DNA of 64,000 nucleotides from an uncultured SAR86 cluster bacterium. Lineage in GTDB: Bacteria > Pseudomonadota > Gammaproteobacteria > Magnimaribacterales > D2472. Below the pieces are notes generated by a model. The model had not been told where the DNA came from, searched no databases, and saw nothing but the letters and a program-made list of their open reading frames with translations. A program made the translations under genes and the position numbers. The stretch spans positions 4,276 to 68,275 of the forward strand of contig OX044367.1 in NCBI GenBank assembly GCA_943846785.1. The letters run 5' to 3'. Numbering within the stretch: position 1 is the stretch's first letter; each line of letters begins with the position of its first letter. Of this stretch, positions 51,294 to 63,311 are shown piece by piece.

Positions 51294-51696
51294 AGTATTA
51301 ATAGTTCATACTTCTTGGTATGAGGATTACATAAAACAAATGATAAATACTTCTTCTGAAGTGCTGGCAGGTAAATTCAATCTTTCTTTTGCATGTGCAC
51401 CGGGTGCGATTGAGCTTGCTGCACTTGCAAAGCATAAAATCATGGACTGTGATGAGCAATTTGAAGGGGTTATGTTTCTTGGAATAGTTATCAGGGGCGG
51501 CACAACACATTATGAGCTTGTCACAAATGAAACATTCAGATCTATTGGTGATCTAGCTCTAGATTTTCCAAAAATAGCAATTATTAACAATGTTGTATGT
51601 GTTGAAAATAAAGAGCAATTATTAGAAAGACTGACTGTAAATACCAAAAATAATGCTGAAGCTTTAAAAAAATTAATAAATGAAAAATCTAGCTAA
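51286..51696 (+). CDS. ribH: 6,7-dimethyl-8-ribityllumazine synthase (short, divergent)
   Basis: 136 aa: ...APGAIELAALAK...FLGIVIRGGTTHYELV... matches the VPGAxE / GxVIRGxTxH pattern. The operon position between ribB and nusB supports the call. Confidence 0.8.
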   Translation: MNKVLIVHTSWYEDYIKQMINTSSEVLAGKFNLSFACAPGAIELAALAKHKIMDCDEQFEGVMFLGIVIRGGTTHYELVTNETFRSIGDLALDFPKIAIINNVVCVENKEQLLERLTVNTKNNAEALKKLINEKSS

Positions 51697-52090
51697 TCAT
51701 AAAATTGCAATAAGAAGTAGAGAATATCTAGTTCAAGCAATTTATCAATTATTTTTTAATGAGCAAGATATTGAAGATATCATTGATCAATTTAAGGATG
51801 AACATAAAACAAAAAAAGTAGATTTTCAGCTTTTCTCTTCATCACTTAAATCTATTCAGGCTAATAGAGCTCAACTAAAAGATATTTTAGATAATTTAGG
51901 AGTTAATGACCCTGATATGGACTTAATAGATAAGGCAATATTTTATTTTGCTCTAAATGAAATGACTTTTGGAGTTTTAGATAAGCCCATAGTAATTGAT
52001 GAGTCCATTAGGCTTGCAAAAAAGTTTTCAAGTCCAGATTCTTATAAGTTTATAAATGCCAACCTTGATAAGGTTATAAATACTAAATGA
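51680..52090 (+). CDS. nusB: Transcription antitermination factor NusB
   Basis: 136 aa: REYLVQAIYQLFFN...DLIDKAIFYFALNEM...INESIRLAKKFSS...FINANLDK. Confidence 0.9.
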   Translation: MKNLANHKIAIRSREYLVQAIYQLFFNEQDIEDIIDQFKDEHKTKKVDFQLFSSSLKSIQANRAQLKDILDNLGVNDPDMDLIDKAIFYFALNEMTFGVLDKPIVIDESIRLAKKFSSPDSYKFINANLDKVINTK

Positions 52091-53317
<1,227 letters not shown>

Positions 53318-53322
53318 CTATT

Positions 53323-54192
53323 TTAATTAGATAGTTCTTTTTGGTTTAGGTATTTCAAGAATTCAGAATTAGCATCTATTAGCATAACATCGCCTTTATT
53401 TTCAAAAGTTTCAACATAAGCTTTTATGCTTCTAGTAAATTCATAAAATTCTGGATTTTGTGAAAACCCTTCAGCATATATTCTTGCTGCTTCAGCATCA
53501 CCTTCACCTCTTAATAACTCGGATTTTTTGTATGCTTCTGCAAGAATAACAACCTTATCTTTATCAGCAACAGCTCTTATTTCTCTAGAGATTTCTTTAC
53601 CTTCAGATCTTAGCTCTTCAGCAAGTCTGTTTCTTTCTGTTCTCATTCTTTCATAAACAGAGTTACTTAGATTAGATGGAAGATCAATTCTTTTAACCCT
53701 AAAGTCAATTATCTCAACCCCAAGATCTGCAACAGAATCATTTAAAGAATTCAGCATAATATTCATTAGCTCATCTCTTTCACCTGATACAACTTCTTTT
53801 ACAGTTCTTTTACCAAAATTATTTTTTAAAACAAATTCGGATCTTTGGCCAAGCAAACTATTCAAGCTATTAAAACTTCCATTATTTGCCTTATAGAAAG
53901 TTAAAACATCAGCAATTTTATATTTAATAAATGAATCTACTAAAAGATATTTACTCTCAACAGTAAGGATTCTATCTGGTTCCTCATCAAGTGTTTGTAT
54001 TCTGCTGTCATATTTTTTTACTTCCTGAATAACAGGAACTTTAAAATGAAAACCTACATCAATATCTGTTCTAACTGCTTCACCGAATTGAAAAACAATA
54101 GCTTCCTCTTTCTCATTAACAATAAAAAAGCTGTTCAATAAAAAGCCAACAATAAGTGCCGCAAAAACTGTTATAAAAGTACTTTTATTCAT
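53323..54192 (-). CDS. hflC: Protease modulator HflC
   Basis: SPFH/band-7 protein with an N-terminal TM. The likely start is the Met at 54192 (MNKSTFITVFAAL), overlapping the hflK end by 8 nt. Confidence 0.9.
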   Translation of the reverse strand: MNKSTFITVFAALIVGFLLNSFFIVNEKEEAIVFQFGEAVRTDIDVGFHFKVPVIQEVKKYDSRIQTLDEEPDRILTVESKYLLVDSFIKYKIADVLTFYKANNGSFNSLNSLLGQRSEFVLKNNFGKRTVKEVVSGERDELMNIMLNSLNDSVADLGVEIIDFRVKRIDLPSNLSNSVYERMRTERNRLAEELRSEGKEISREIRAVADKDKVVILAEAYKKSELLRGEGDAEAARIYAEGFSQNPEFYEFTRSIKAYVETFENKGDVMLIDANSEFLKYLNQKELSN

Positions 54193-55255
54193 TGTTATCT
54201 CCCTTTCTGTTAAGAATGTCATTTAAAGATGATGAACTTGAAGAATTTTGCATCATCTTATCTAGAGGCAACAACATGAGGTTGTTTCCGTTATCTACAT
54301 CAATCATAACTTTAGTTGTATTAGACAATACAGACTGCATTGCATCAATATACATTCTATCTCTAGTTACTTTTGGTGCTTTTTCATACTCCTCAAGTAA
54401 TTGGGTAAACCTTCCGACCTCACCTTCAGCATTAGCTATTACTTCGAGTAAATAACCTTCAGCATTTCGAATTCTAGCCTGCGCCTGACCTCGAGCCTCT
54501 GGAACTATCGTTAAAGCATATCTTTCTGCTTCATTTTGAAGTCTTTCTTTATCTTCCCTGGCTGCAACAACATCATCAAAAGCATCTTTAACCGCTGCTG
54601 GAGGATCTGTTTTTTCAATATTTACCTGTTGAACGATTAGACCTGTAGCATAGATATCAAGAATCTGCTGAAGTCTGCCTTGCACTTCCTGAGCAATGTT
54701 TTCTCTTCCAACTGTTAAAGTTTCTTCAAGAGTATTGTCACCAACAACGTGTCTTAATGCGCTTTCGATTCCTTGTCTTAAACTACCCTCAGGATCCTTA
54801 ACATTCAATACAAAGTCTTTAAGGTTTGCAATTCTGTACTGTGCTGAGACTGTTACATCAACAATGTTTTCATCTTTGGTTAACATACTGTTAGTTTGTG
54901 TATATCTTCTTGTAAGTGAAACGTTTTCAATGTAGCGCTCGTCTATCCCTGCTAATCTAAAATTTAGTCCTTCTTGTTGCTCTTCATAGAACTTACCAAA
55001 CCTCAGAATAACTGCTCTTTCAGAAGCATCTAACTGATAGATAGATTGAGATGCATAAATTATTAAGAAAGCAAAAAAACCATATAGAAATATTCTGGTT
55101 GTTGGAATTTTCATTCCTCCACCACTTCCAGAGCCTTTATTAGATGATGAGTCCTTTCCACCCAAAAATGTAGAAAACTTTTTAATTAGATCATCAAAGT
55201 CAGGAGCGTCATTTTTACCACCCCATGGATCTTTATCTTGGTTATCCCAGTTCAC
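54185..55255 (-). CDS. hflK: Protease modulator HflK
   Basis: 356 aa: MNWDNQDKDPWGG..., a Gly/Ser-rich linker, a TM segment and an SPFH domain (...RFGKFYEEQQEGLNF...). Confidence 0.92.
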   Translation of the reverse strand: MNWDNQDKDPWGGKNDAPDFDDLIKKFSTFLGGKDSSSNKGSGSGGGMKIPTTRIFLYGFFAFLIIYASQSIYQLDASERAVILRFGKFYEEQQEGLNFRLAGIDERYIENVSLTRRYTQTNSMLTKDENIVDVTVSAQYRIANLKDFVLNVKDPEGSLRQGIESALRHVVGDNTLEETLTVGRENIAQEVQGRLQQILDIYATGLIVQQVNIEKTDPPAAVKDAFDDVVAAREDKERLQNEAERYALTIVPEARGQAQARIRNAEGYLLEVIANAEGEVGRFTQLLEEYEKAPKVTRDRMYIDAMQSVLSNTTKVMIDVDNGNNLMLLPLDKMMQNSSSSSSLNDILNRKGDNNE

Positions 55256-55315
55256 AATAAATTACCTCATAGTTTTTCTGTATTATAAACCTAATCTATG
55301 GCCTTTAATTGATAT

Positions 55316-56248
55316 TTAAAGAGAAGATACTAAAGTTTCTACCTCTTCTTTAATTTTTTCTTTTGTATTGATATTAAATTTTTTAAGATTTTGCCATGAC
55401 CTTAACCAAGTCATTTGTCTTTTTGCTAACTGCCTTGTTGCAAATAGTGCTCTATTAAAGAACTCCTCATCATCATATTCATTATTAATCCTCGCAATAG
55501 CCTGTTTGTAGTTAACAGATTTTCTTATAGGGTGTTGCTCTGGAATATGATATTCCTTTAATAAATAATCTACTTCATCAAGTAGGCCTGCTGTAATAAT
55601 TTTTTGAAGTCTGCTTTCAATTCTGCTATGAAGTAATGATCGATCTTCTTCAAATATTCCGTATTGATAAATATTAAAGCGGTTGCTTAAGTTTATCTTA
55701 TTATTTAATCCTATTTGAGCACTCAGAGGTTTCCCAGAAATTTCTATCACCTCAAGAGCCCTAATTATTCTTTGCTCATCAAGCTCATTAATTTGTTTTG
55801 CATAAACTTCATCTTTTTCAAAGAGCATAGAATGCAATTCTTTTATGCCTTTTTTTACTTTTATGTTTTCATATTTTTGTCTAATTAAATCATCTCTTGC
55901 TGGTAAATTGTCCAATCCATCTAGCAAGGATTTGAAATACATCATTGTACCTCCGACAAATACAGGAGTTTTATTTCTATTATGAATTGAGTCTATTAGA
56001 CTTATAGAGTTTTTATAAAAATCTGAAACCGTGAATATTGAATTAGGCTCGATATGATCTACAAGATGATGAGGGTATTTTTCCAGTATATCTTTGCTTG
56101 GTTTTGCAGACCCAATGTCGCATCCAGAATAGACCATAACAGAATCAACACTAATTATTTCTATTGATGATGAATCAAATATATCTAAAGCTAAATCAGT
56201 TTTACCTGAAGCTGTTGGTCCAAGAATGAAAATAATTGATTTTTTGAT
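55316..56248 (-). CDS. miaA: tRNA dimethylallyltransferase; start codon unresolved (no in-frame ATG/GTG/TTG upstream of the P-loop)
   Basis: The track ORF (from 56137) begins after the P-loop. The same frame continues upstream as SSIKKSIIFILGPTASGKTDLALDIFDSSSIEIISVDSVMVYSGCDIGSAKP. Only ATA, ATC and ATT codons are available as starts between 56263 and 56234. Confidence 0.85.
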   Translation of the reverse strand: MKKSIIFILGPTASGKTDLALDIFDSSSIEIISVDSVMVYSGCDIGSAKPSKDILEKYPHHLVDHIEPNSIFTVSDFYKNSISLIDSIHNRNKTPVFVGGTMMYFKSLLDGLDNLPARDDLIRQKYENIKVKKGIKELHSMLFEKDEVYAKQINELDEQRIIRALEVIEISGKPLSAQIGLNNKINLSNRFNIYQYGIFEEDRSLLHSRIESRLQKIITAGLLDEVDYLLKEYHIPEQHPIRKSVNYKQAIARINNEYDDEEFFNRALFATRQLAKRQMTWLRSWQNLKKFNINTKEKIKEEVETLVSSL

Positions 56249-56259
56249 ACTACTAAATC

Positions 56260-57845
<1,586 letters not shown>

Positions 57846-57891
57846 TTCTTAATCATGCATATTTATAATGTAATAATACAGTTTAAAACAC

Positions 57892-58764
57892 ATGAATAGA
57901 ATTTTATTAAAGCTTCTTATAAGTTTCTGGAAGGTAGTACTGCTTTTTCCTAGAGCTGTTCATAAAAAACTTGGCCTAATCCTTGGTTACCTTTTTTATA
58001 AATCTAATTTAAAAAGGAATAAGTTTAGTAAAAAAAATATTGATTTATGCCTTAAGAGGCTAGATAAGGAGAAAAAAGAAAAAGTCTATAAATCAAATAT
58101 TTTATTATCAGGAACCATACCATTTGATACTGGCGTGGCTTGGTTTTGGTCTGATAAAAGAATTAATAAGCGAATAAGTTATAAGATAAGTGGCTTGGAA
58201 AAGTTAATAGAGGAACAAAATAATAACAATGGAGTTCTTCTTTTCTTTAAGCATTCTCTCCATCTAGAGCTAGATGCAAGACTTTTAGGTATGAATGCTG
58301 ATGTGTATGGGGTAGAGAGAGTACATAATTCAAATTCATTTGATTCTATTCAAAATTCAGGAAGATTGAAAAGCCTAAAGGGCGCATGCGATAGAAATAA
58401 TCCATTAAAATTTATACGCTGGCTAAAAAAAGGAAAAACAGTTTTATATGCTACAGATCAAGACTATGGCATGGGTCAATCCGATATCATTGACTTTTTT
58501 GGAAATCCTGCTGCAACAATTTCTGCACCTTTGAAAATTATAAAAAGTACGTTATGCAAAACATATTTTTTAAACAGCTTTATTGAAAATGATAAATATA
58601 TATTGGAAATTGAAGAAATAAATTGTGATAGTTCATCTGAAATAAATTTCTCAACGGATTTAAATAACTATATGGCTGATAAAATTCAAGCTCATCCACA
58701 TGAATACTTGTGGCAGCATAGACGATTTAAATCCACACTTGGTAAAGATAAATTTTATGGATGA
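57892..58764 (+). CDS. lpxL: Lipid A biosynthesis (Kdo)2-lipid IVA acyltransferase (LpxL/HtrB family)
   Basis: 290 aa of the LpxL/LpxM/LpxP family: ...GVLLFFKHSLHLELDA (HX4D/E-type region)...YATDQDYG...HPHEYLWQHRRFK. Confidence 0.85.
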   Translation: MNRILLKLLISFWKVVLLFPRAVHKKLGLILGYLFYKSNLKRNKFSKKNIDLCLKRLDKEKKEKVYKSNILLSGTIPFDTGVAWFWSDKRINKRISYKISGLEKLIEEQNNNNGVLLFFKHSLHLELDARLLGMNADVYGVERVHNSNSFDSIQNSGRLKSLKGACDRNNPLKFIRWLKKGKTVLYATDQDYGMGQSDIIDFFGNPAATISAPLKIIKSTLCKTYFLNSFIENDKYILEIEEINCDSSSEINFSTDLNNYMADKIQAHPHEYLWQHRRFKSTLGKDKFYG

Positions 58765-59371
58765 TTTATTAAAGAAATTTGATTCTATCAAAGGATTTCT
58801 TGCTCATGAGGAAGGAGTGTTTTTATATCAATTAACTAAAGAATTTTGTCTTAAGAATTGTGCGGTTGAGATAGGTTCTTATTGTGGTAAATCTGCGTGT
58901 TATATAGGCCTAGCATGTAAAGAAAATCAAACAATACTGCATACTATTGATCATCATAGAGGTTCAGAAGAGCAGCAACTTGGTGAGGAATATTTTGACC
59001 CCGAAGAGTACGATTATATAAAAAAAAGAGTTGATACCTTGCCTACTTTGAAAAGAAATATAGAGATTAATGGCTTAAGTAAATCTATTTATGCTGTTGT
59101 CGGTCATTCAAAACAAATAGCAAATGACATGCAAAATAATATAGATTTAGTATTCATCGATGGGAGTCATACTTTTGAATCGGCAAGAACTGATTATTCA
59201 TCTTGGAAAGATAAGATAAGAATTGGTGGTATATTAGCCATTCATGATGTCTATGACAGTGAATTAGAAGGCGGTCAAGCACCAAGAGAAATATATGAAA
59301 AAGCCCTTTCTGAAAATTTTATTTTAATTAAAAGGGTTAATAGCTTGGTCGCCCTGCAAAAGATTGTTTAA
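58757..59371 (+). CDS. Class I SAM-dependent methyltransferase (Methyltransf_24 / TylF-like type)
   Basis: The ATG at 58757 overlaps the lpxL stop (ATGGATGA). ...AVEIGSYCGKSACYIG...DLVFIDGSHTFESARTDYSSW...GGILAIHDV. Confidence 0.75.
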   Translation: MDDLLKKFDSIKGFLAHEEGVFLYQLTKEFCLKNCAVEIGSYCGKSACYIGLACKENQTILHTIDHHRGSEEQQLGEEYFDPEEYDYIKKRVDTLPTLKRNIEINGLSKSIYAVVGHSKQIANDMQNNIDLVFIDGSHTFESARTDYSSWKDKIRIGGILAIHDVYDSELEGGQAPREIYEKALSENFILIKRVNSLVALQKIV

Positions 59372-60325
59372 ATAAAAAAACACATTGCCTTTACTGGTTT
59401 CTTTTTTATTAAATGTAAATAAAGCATGTGCAGCAATGATTACGGCAGCATTGGTCCATGTTGAATTCTCTTCTGGCCAAAAAATATCCATTTTATATTG
59501 ATAGCCTGTTGGAAAAATCCCGTTATCATTTTTGAACTGAAGTATATTGTTAAAAATTTTTTTTGCGGTCTCTATATCGCCCAAGACTAGTAAGGCAATA
59601 ATGCACTCGCAGCTTTCTGCAATAGTAACCCAAGGCTCTTCTTTAACACATTTAACCCCAAGTCCTTCCACATAAAAATCTTTAAGAGAATTATGAAATA
59701 CATTTTTATTATTCTTCACGCCACACATATATGGATAATAAAAATCCATGGAAAATCTTGAGCGATCAATTCCATCTCTATTAAACTTAGAGCTCCAAAG
59801 CTTTTGATCAAATTTTATTTTTGAAGAATTGTTAAGAGCTTTTAAAGAAAGAAAAATTGACATTGACGCTGTAATTAATGAATTATCACATAAGCCATTT
59901 TTGTCCCTAGCCCAGTTATAGTAACCATCTGTATCCCTAAATCTATCAAGTTGATCAAAAATAATCTTTATTTTTGATTTTATATCAGATGTTATAAGGT
60001 CACCTCTCCCCATTAATACAGCTTGCATCAAGGGAAGAATGATATATGGAGCATGATGACTTTCGAAATGATTGTGAGTAATTTTATTATTTTGAAATTC
60101 AGGATAAATAAGACCATCTTGACTTAAAGTATTAAAAAACCAATCTACTCCTTTAATAAAGGGATCCCATTCCTCAAATAATGCAAGAGCAATTAAGCAT
60201 TCACAATGATCCCATGGATCACATTTACCTTTTTCATCCCATGTAATTCTGCCATCATCTTTTTGATTATAAATAATCCAATCTTTTGATTCTTTAAAAG
60301 CTTTTCTTGACTCATTCCACTTCAT
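59324..60325 (-). CDS. Alpha/alpha-toroid protein with prenyltransferase/squalene-cyclase-type (QW-like) repeats; function unknown
   Basis: Intact 333 aa with four QW-like repeats: KDWIIYNQKDDGRITW, VDWFFNTLSQDGLIYPEF, IFDQLDRFRDTDGYYNW and IFNNILQFKNDNGIFPTGY. There are paired helices with CEC motifs (WDHCECLIALAL; AESCECIIALLVL). The 3' end overlaps the convergent methyltransferase by 48 nt. Confidence 0.5.
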   Translation of the reverse strand: MKWNESRKAFKESKDWIIYNQKDDGRITWDEKGKCDPWDHCECLIALALFEEWDPFIKGVDWFFNTLSQDGLIYPEFQNNKITHNHFESHHAPYIILPLMQAVLMGRGDLITSDIKSKIKIIFDQLDRFRDTDGYYNWARDKNGLCDNSLITASMSIFLSLKALNNSSKIKFDQKLWSSKFNRDGIDRSRFSMDFYYPYMCGVKNNKNVFHNSLKDFYVEGLGVKCVKEEPWVTIAESCECIIALLVLGDIETAKKIFNNILQFKNDNGIFPTGYQYKMDIFWPEENSTWTNAAVIIAAHALFTFNKKETSKGNVFFYLNNLLQGDQAINPFN

Positions 60326-61026
60326 TTTTTTACAAAATAAAAAGCAATACTTTTACCCAGGATTGGATTTAAGACTTTATCGATAAGATCTAAGAAAAAA
60401 GGTTTTTTTAAAATATGTCTTTCCAAAATTTTCTTGTAGATTTTTATTATGAGATTTGTGTCTTGAGTTTTCCAAAATAAACATCTTAACCACCAATATG
60501 CACTATGAATTGAATGAAACCTTTGAGAAGATTCATAATCAAAACCACAATCTGTAATATCTTTTATTAAATTATTTTTATTAAAAATTCTTAAATGTCC
60601 GCCAGGCTGATTCTGATATTCTTGAGATAAATACCAGCATATTTTTTCAGGTAACTCTGCAGGGACACTTGCTAAAAATTGCCCTCCTGGTTTAAGAACT
60701 CTATGTATTTCAATCACTGCATCTTTATATTCATGTAAATGCTCAAGAACCTCAGAACAAACAACCATATCAAAAGAGTTGTCATTGAATGGAAGAGAAT
60801 ATGCTGAACCACTTAAAAAATTTGTTTTGGTGTTGGAGATTGATTCAAGAAATTCAAGCCCCTCTGATGCTTTATCTAGAGATTCAAGATGAGGATCTAG
60901 GCCAATGCACTTTAAGTCTGGAAATTGTTCCATTGCACCAAAAATATGCCTTCCTTCTCCACACCCCAAATCAAGCATAATGCCTTTAGGATTAATATTA
61001 ATTTTATTAAAATTAAAAGTTAGCAT
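60322..61026 (-). CDS. Class I SAM-dependent methyltransferase (Methyltransf_11/25 type)
   Basis: 234 aa: IMLDLGCGEGRH (motif I)...FDMVVCSEVLEHL...LKPGGQFLASVP. Overlaps the downstream toroid gene by 4 nt. Confidence 0.8.
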   Translation of the reverse strand: MLTFNFNKININPKGIMLDLGCGEGRHIFGAMEQFPDLKCIGLDPHLESLDKASEGLEFLESISNTKTNFLSGSAYSLPFNDNSFDMVVCSEVLEHLHEYKDAVIEIHRVLKPGGQFLASVPAELPEKICWYLSQEYQNQPGGHLRIFNKNNLIKDITDCGFDYESSQRFHSIHSAYWWLRCLFWKTQDTNLIIKIYKKILERHILKKPFFLDLIDKVLNPILGKSIAFYFVKK

Positions 61027-61039
61027 TTGTTATGTTCAT

Positions 61040-62276
61040 CTATTGCTTTATAAATACTTCTTCATATTCATCAGTTATCTTAAGCCAATTAAAATTTTTA
61101 ATTATATGATCTCTGCCCTTGTTTGAAATGCTTTTGTATTTATCATAATTGTTAATTATTAATTTTATTGAATTAGCTAAAGAAGTCGAATCTTTTGGTG
61201 GAATAAGGGTTGCATAATTCGCCAACAAGCTCTGGGATAGATGAGGTATTAGCTGCAATTAAAGGTGTACTGCACACTCATTGCTTCAATAACAGGATAT
61301 CCAAAGCCTTCATATAAAGAGCTTACGATTGCAACTGAACTCTTTGCATACTCCTCAGCAATTTCTTTTTTTGTAAGATTAGTTTTAAAACTATAGACGT
61401 CACCGAGATTCCTAGCTTTTCAATAAGTCTAGAAGTATGCCCATCTTCTCTTTAATTTTCCAATAACTGTGAGGTTCATATCCTTTGAAATTCATTTTTT
61501 AGAATAGACAAGGCCGTCTAATGTATAGTCAAGCCCTTTTAGGGGAACGTCTGCACTTGCAGTTGTAATTAACTCTAAGTGGATCTCTTGTAATATCTTC
61601 ATATGGAACAAAAATATTAACATCTAGACCATTATGTATCACAGTGATATTGCTTTCATCGCATCTAAAGTCTTTAGCTATATCCTGTGAAGAGTTAGAG
61701 GATGGAGTTATAATATTTTTTATCTTTGGTGCAACTCTTTTTTGCATCTTCAAAAATGAGTACCATCTATGTCTTGACAGTCTATATAGAATTTTTTTAT
61801 TTGCCTGCGAGATCATGCTTATAATCTTTTGTTATCGGGTGGTGGATAATCTCAATGAAAGGAAATATTTTTTGGATCTCAAGCATTCCATAACTTAATG
61901 GATTGATTGTCTATAACAGCATCATATTTCGAGTATTTTGAATTAGATAGTCTGTGGCTCCTATGCCCAAAGGTTTTCATCTCTGGAAATCCCCCCAGTA
62001 AAACTGAACTAGAACTCATAGATATCTAGAGATATTTTTATTCTTTTTATTTCCTAAAAATTTTTACTCTTTCTTTAAATGAAAAAGTCTGAAAAAGATC
62101 TAAGACCTGGAAGTTTTATTAAATTTACACTTCATTGGAGACGTTTGGATATGGAGGTCCTGAAATAATATCTACCTTCATGACCCCTGATTCAGTTAAT
62201 GCTTTTGATATGTCATGGACATATACGCCCTGACCACCTCCAAACGGAGCGCTTCTGTAACTTAGTATTGCAATAT
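61040..62276 (-). pseudogene. Glycosyltransferase family 4 (GT-B, group 1), multiple apparent frame breaks; start codon unclear
   Basis: N-terminus read by eye: (I)KLNIAILSYRSAPFGGGQGVYVHDISKALTESG. Middle: ...ITVIHNGLDVNIF.P.... C-terminal: SLYEGFGYPVIEAMS..TPLIAANTSSIPELVG / NYATLIPPKDSTSLANSIKLII. Confidence 0.75.
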
Positions 62277-62304
62277 TGAGTTTAATTTCGAAAGCAAGTT
62301 ATTT

Positions 62305-63246
62305 CTAGGATGAGTCTAGGCTTAACCAGCGACTCATAATTTGTATTCTTTCCAAATATTATATCGTTATATGTTTTTTGTAGCTTCTCAGTTATTGGAC
62401 CTCTTGATCCCGTTCCGATTGATAGTCTTGCTATCAATTTTGGAAATAGGAGTTATCTCTACTGCAGTTCCCGTAAAGAATGCTTCATCAGCTCTGAAGT
62501 AAGCTCATCCAGTAGTTATATCTTTCTCAACTAACTTCATATCCCAGATCTTTCGATATTTCAATTACAGATTTTCGTGTAATCCCATTCAAGACAGTGA
62601 GTTATTGTCAAGGGCGTAGATATTTTATTCCATCTTTAATTAATAAAGATATTCTCTCCACTTCCCTCAGATATATAGCCATCCTTATCTAAGAAAGATA
62701 GCTTCATCAGCTCCCTTTTGAATTGCCTCATGCAGTGCCATTGTTGAATTTATATAGGTGCCTATTATCTTATATCCGGAGTGCAATGGGTTGCTGTACT
62801 GATCATATGAGGATTTAATTACTGATATGCCTGATTCTTTTGCCTCTGGACTCATATAAGATGGCCACTCCCACGCGGCAACAGCAACATTTACTGATAA
62901 TTCTGTTGCTCTTATTCCAAGCGATTCACTACCCAAGAAAACGATTGGTCTAAGATATCCCTCATCAAGATTATTTTTTATAAAAATATCCTTTCTGAAC
63001 TTGATTAAGTTCATCAGGTGAATACGGTATTTTAATTCCTAATTTACTTGCGGCTTCAAAAAGTCTATCTGTATGATCTTGAAGCCTAAATATTGCTGGT
63101 CCATGTTCAGTTTTATATGCTCTAACACCCTCGAAAACTCCAGTACCATAGTGCATGGTATGAGATAATAAGTGAACGGAAGCCTCCTCCCATTTTTCAT
63201 AAGTACCATTTTTCCAAATAACTTTTTCTTCGGTGTTTGCAAACAT
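62305..63246 (-). pseudogene. ilvE: Branched-chain amino acid aminotransferase, multiple apparent frame breaks
   Basis: 62971-63246 reads MFANTEEKVIWKNGTYEKWEEASVHLLSHTMHYGTGVFEGVRAY. 62685-63014 reads ...YLRPIVFLGSESLGI.... C-terminal fragments read ...IGTGSRGPITEKLQKTYNDIIFGKN.... Confidence 0.88.
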
Positions 63247-63311
63247 TTTATTAAGGATATAATTAGCGCTTTATTATGACAAACAAGAGCTAATAACAAA
63301 AGAGAAATAAT

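Noticed and set aside
57864-57869. TATAAT hexamer in the 46-nt waaA/lpxL divergent spacer as the lpxL promoter -10.
   Set aside because: No acceptable -35 lies at 16-18 nt spacing. TATAAT-like hexamers occur by chance very often at this base composition. It is plausible but not supportable as a feature.
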